Shown one piece after another: positions 6,791 through 7,653 of a stretch of DNA of 7,653 bases. Both the position numbers and the translations under genes were made by a program. The stretch is from Halalkalibacterium halodurans (GTDB taxonomy: Bacteria; Bacillota; Bacilli; Bacillales; Bacillaceae_D): the NCBI RefSeq assembly GCF_004376175.1, contig NZ_SNUY01000067.1, positions 16,048-23,700 of the forward strand, read 5' to 3'. The notes under the pieces are model-generated. The model was not told where the DNA came from. It did not search any database and was given only the letters and a program-made list of their open reading frames with translations. Positions within the stretch are counted from its first letter, which is position 1. Each line of letters starts with the position of its first letter.

Positions 6791-6905
6791 CAAACGCCAA
6801 TGGACAGATTGTGTCAACCTTTTGTGGGAGGAGTATTTTCCATCCTCATGAGTGTAAGCGAATTTATGAATTTATGGTTCTCCTCTGTCTAGAATCTTAT
6901 GGTTT

Positions 6906-7653
6906 TTAAAAGCCTTTCAAGTCTTTCAGTGCTCGATACACTGGAATATTCGCTCTTTGTTTGAGATACATGACGTTGTTACGTGTCGCTTCGCCAATTG
7001 TACTTTCTACCTTCTCCACAAAATACTTTGGAGGACGTTCTTCTTTTGGTTCTGTCCATTTTTCAACGCGACCAATCAGTGTTTTGAGCGGAATTTTATC
7101 CATCAACGCAACCATCGCTGTCATCATGGCACTAGCACCTTTTTCAACCCAACTTCGTCCATTTTTTAGACGCTTCGCAAAGACACTCATCGTTCCCTCG
7201 GCACTTCCCATTGGACGGAACCCTGTCGGATCAATTCCTTGATCTTTCAGCCATTCTCTATAATCTCCCAATGCTTCAGGGTATTGCTCAAGCTGATGAA
7301 TCAGCGCCTCTAAACGCTCTTCTTTCGCTTCTGTCTCAAGCGTTCCCACTGCACTGTTTAGCTCTATCATGAGGGTTTCTCCATCGTACTTTGCGAGGGC
7401 TTTCTGCATAGCCCGATAACGCCGATGACCTTTGAACAATCTTCTAATATCACGTGCTACATGGAAACGATCAATCGTAAAGAAGGCTCGCCCTTGAAAA
7501 TAATCTCGACAACTGGTGATCCAGGTGGCTCCATCCCCATTAATGACCAGTCGATGCACCGCAGGGTCGTAGTCAAACGTCTCCATGAGAAAAGTCTCAA
7601 GCCCCTCCCAAAACGGTTCTTTCCCTCGATGAACATAATGTCGCTTTTCTTTT
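6906..7653 (-). CDS. ISLre2-family (UPF0236) transposase, C-terminal ~249 codons; the 5' end lies beyond the right window edge
   Basis: The reading frame stays open upstream of the listed Met, to position 7653: KEKRHYVHRGKEPFWEGLETFL-METFDYD... It contains the family-typical INGDGATWI block and FTIDRFHV. The length and C-terminal character match ISLre2/UPF0236 transposases common in Bacillaceae. The stop is TAA at 6906-6908. Confidence 0.8.
   Translation of the reverse strand, partial: KEKRHYVHRGKEPFWEGLETFLMETFDYDPAVHRLVINGDGATWITSCRDYFQGRAFFTIDRFHVARDIRRLFKGHRRYRAMQKALAKYDGETLMIELNSAVGTLETEAKEERLEALIHQLEQYPEALGDYREWLKDQGIDPTGFRPMGSAEGTMSVFAKRLKNGRSWVEKGASAMMTAMVALMDKIPLKTLIGRVEKWTEPKEERPPKYFVEKVESTIGEATRNNVMYLKQRANIPVYRALKDLKGF
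6906..7653 (-). mobile_element. Partial insertion sequence (ISLre2 family). Only the minimum extent is given; the proximal IS end must lie somewhere in ~6820-6905 but cannot be placed
   Basis: The call rests on the transposase gene above. The terminal inverted repeat cannot be defined because the other IS end is outside the window. Confidence 0.6.

Noticed and set aside
6812-6817. A consensus -35 TTGACA on the minus strand, considered as an IS-derived outward or hybrid promoter for gatCAB
   Set aside because: The hexamer 17 nt downstream is TTTGTT, a poor -10. The TTGCCT/TGgTATCAT pair further downstream is a better promoter. The site is kept only as a note under the IS finding.
6735-6905. 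A possible T-box, riboswitch or attenuator leader upstream of gatC
   Set aside because: The leader from the candidate promoter is only ~40 nt, and I see no specifier or antiterminator-like structure. The only hairpin (GGAGGA..TCCTC, ~6827-6847) is 5-6 bp with no U-tract.
1-7653. A scan for CRISPR repeats, tRNA or rRNA genes, toxin-antitoxin pairs, restriction-modification or other defence genes, and long repeats
   Set aside because: I found none. Every long ORF has an ordinary assignment (sigma factor, flavoprotein, GyrI-like, membrane peptide, GatCAB, transposase). The only repeats are the short ones listed above.

Overview
The window looks like a Bacillaceae-type Firmicute chromosome: strong GGAGG-type ribosome binding sites, and GatC, GatA and GatB sequences close to the Bacillus subtilis proteins as I remember them. 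All seven credible genes lie on the minus strand. In minus-strand transcription order (high to low coordinates) they are: (1) the C-terminal ~249 codons of an ISLre2/UPF0236-family transposase, which runs off the right edge; (2) the housekeeping gatC-gatA-gatB amidotransferase operon; (3) an 82-aa small membrane protein; (4) a stand-alone GyrI-like/Cass2 effector-binding-domain protein with its own promoter and a clean terminator; (5) a two-gene ECF41 (SigJ-type) sigma module, made of a CrtI/amine-oxidase-fold FAD oxidoreductase followed 4 nt later by the sigma factor. The module is preceded by an exact match to the published ECF41 promoter motif, TGTCACA-N16-CGTC. I see no tRNA, rRNA, CRISPR array or recognisable defence or toxin system, and I cannot support a wholly new multi-gene system here. 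The most interesting material is around the ECF41 module. The sigma factor ends before the canonical distal NPDKL regulatory motif. A perfect 11-bp anti-SD/SD inverted repeat is built into the promoter spacer. A ~215-bp unassigned intergenic stretch carries a divergent sigmaA-like promoter, a strong SD and a 34-codon ORF. All family assignments rest on motif recognition by eye; no homology search was run.
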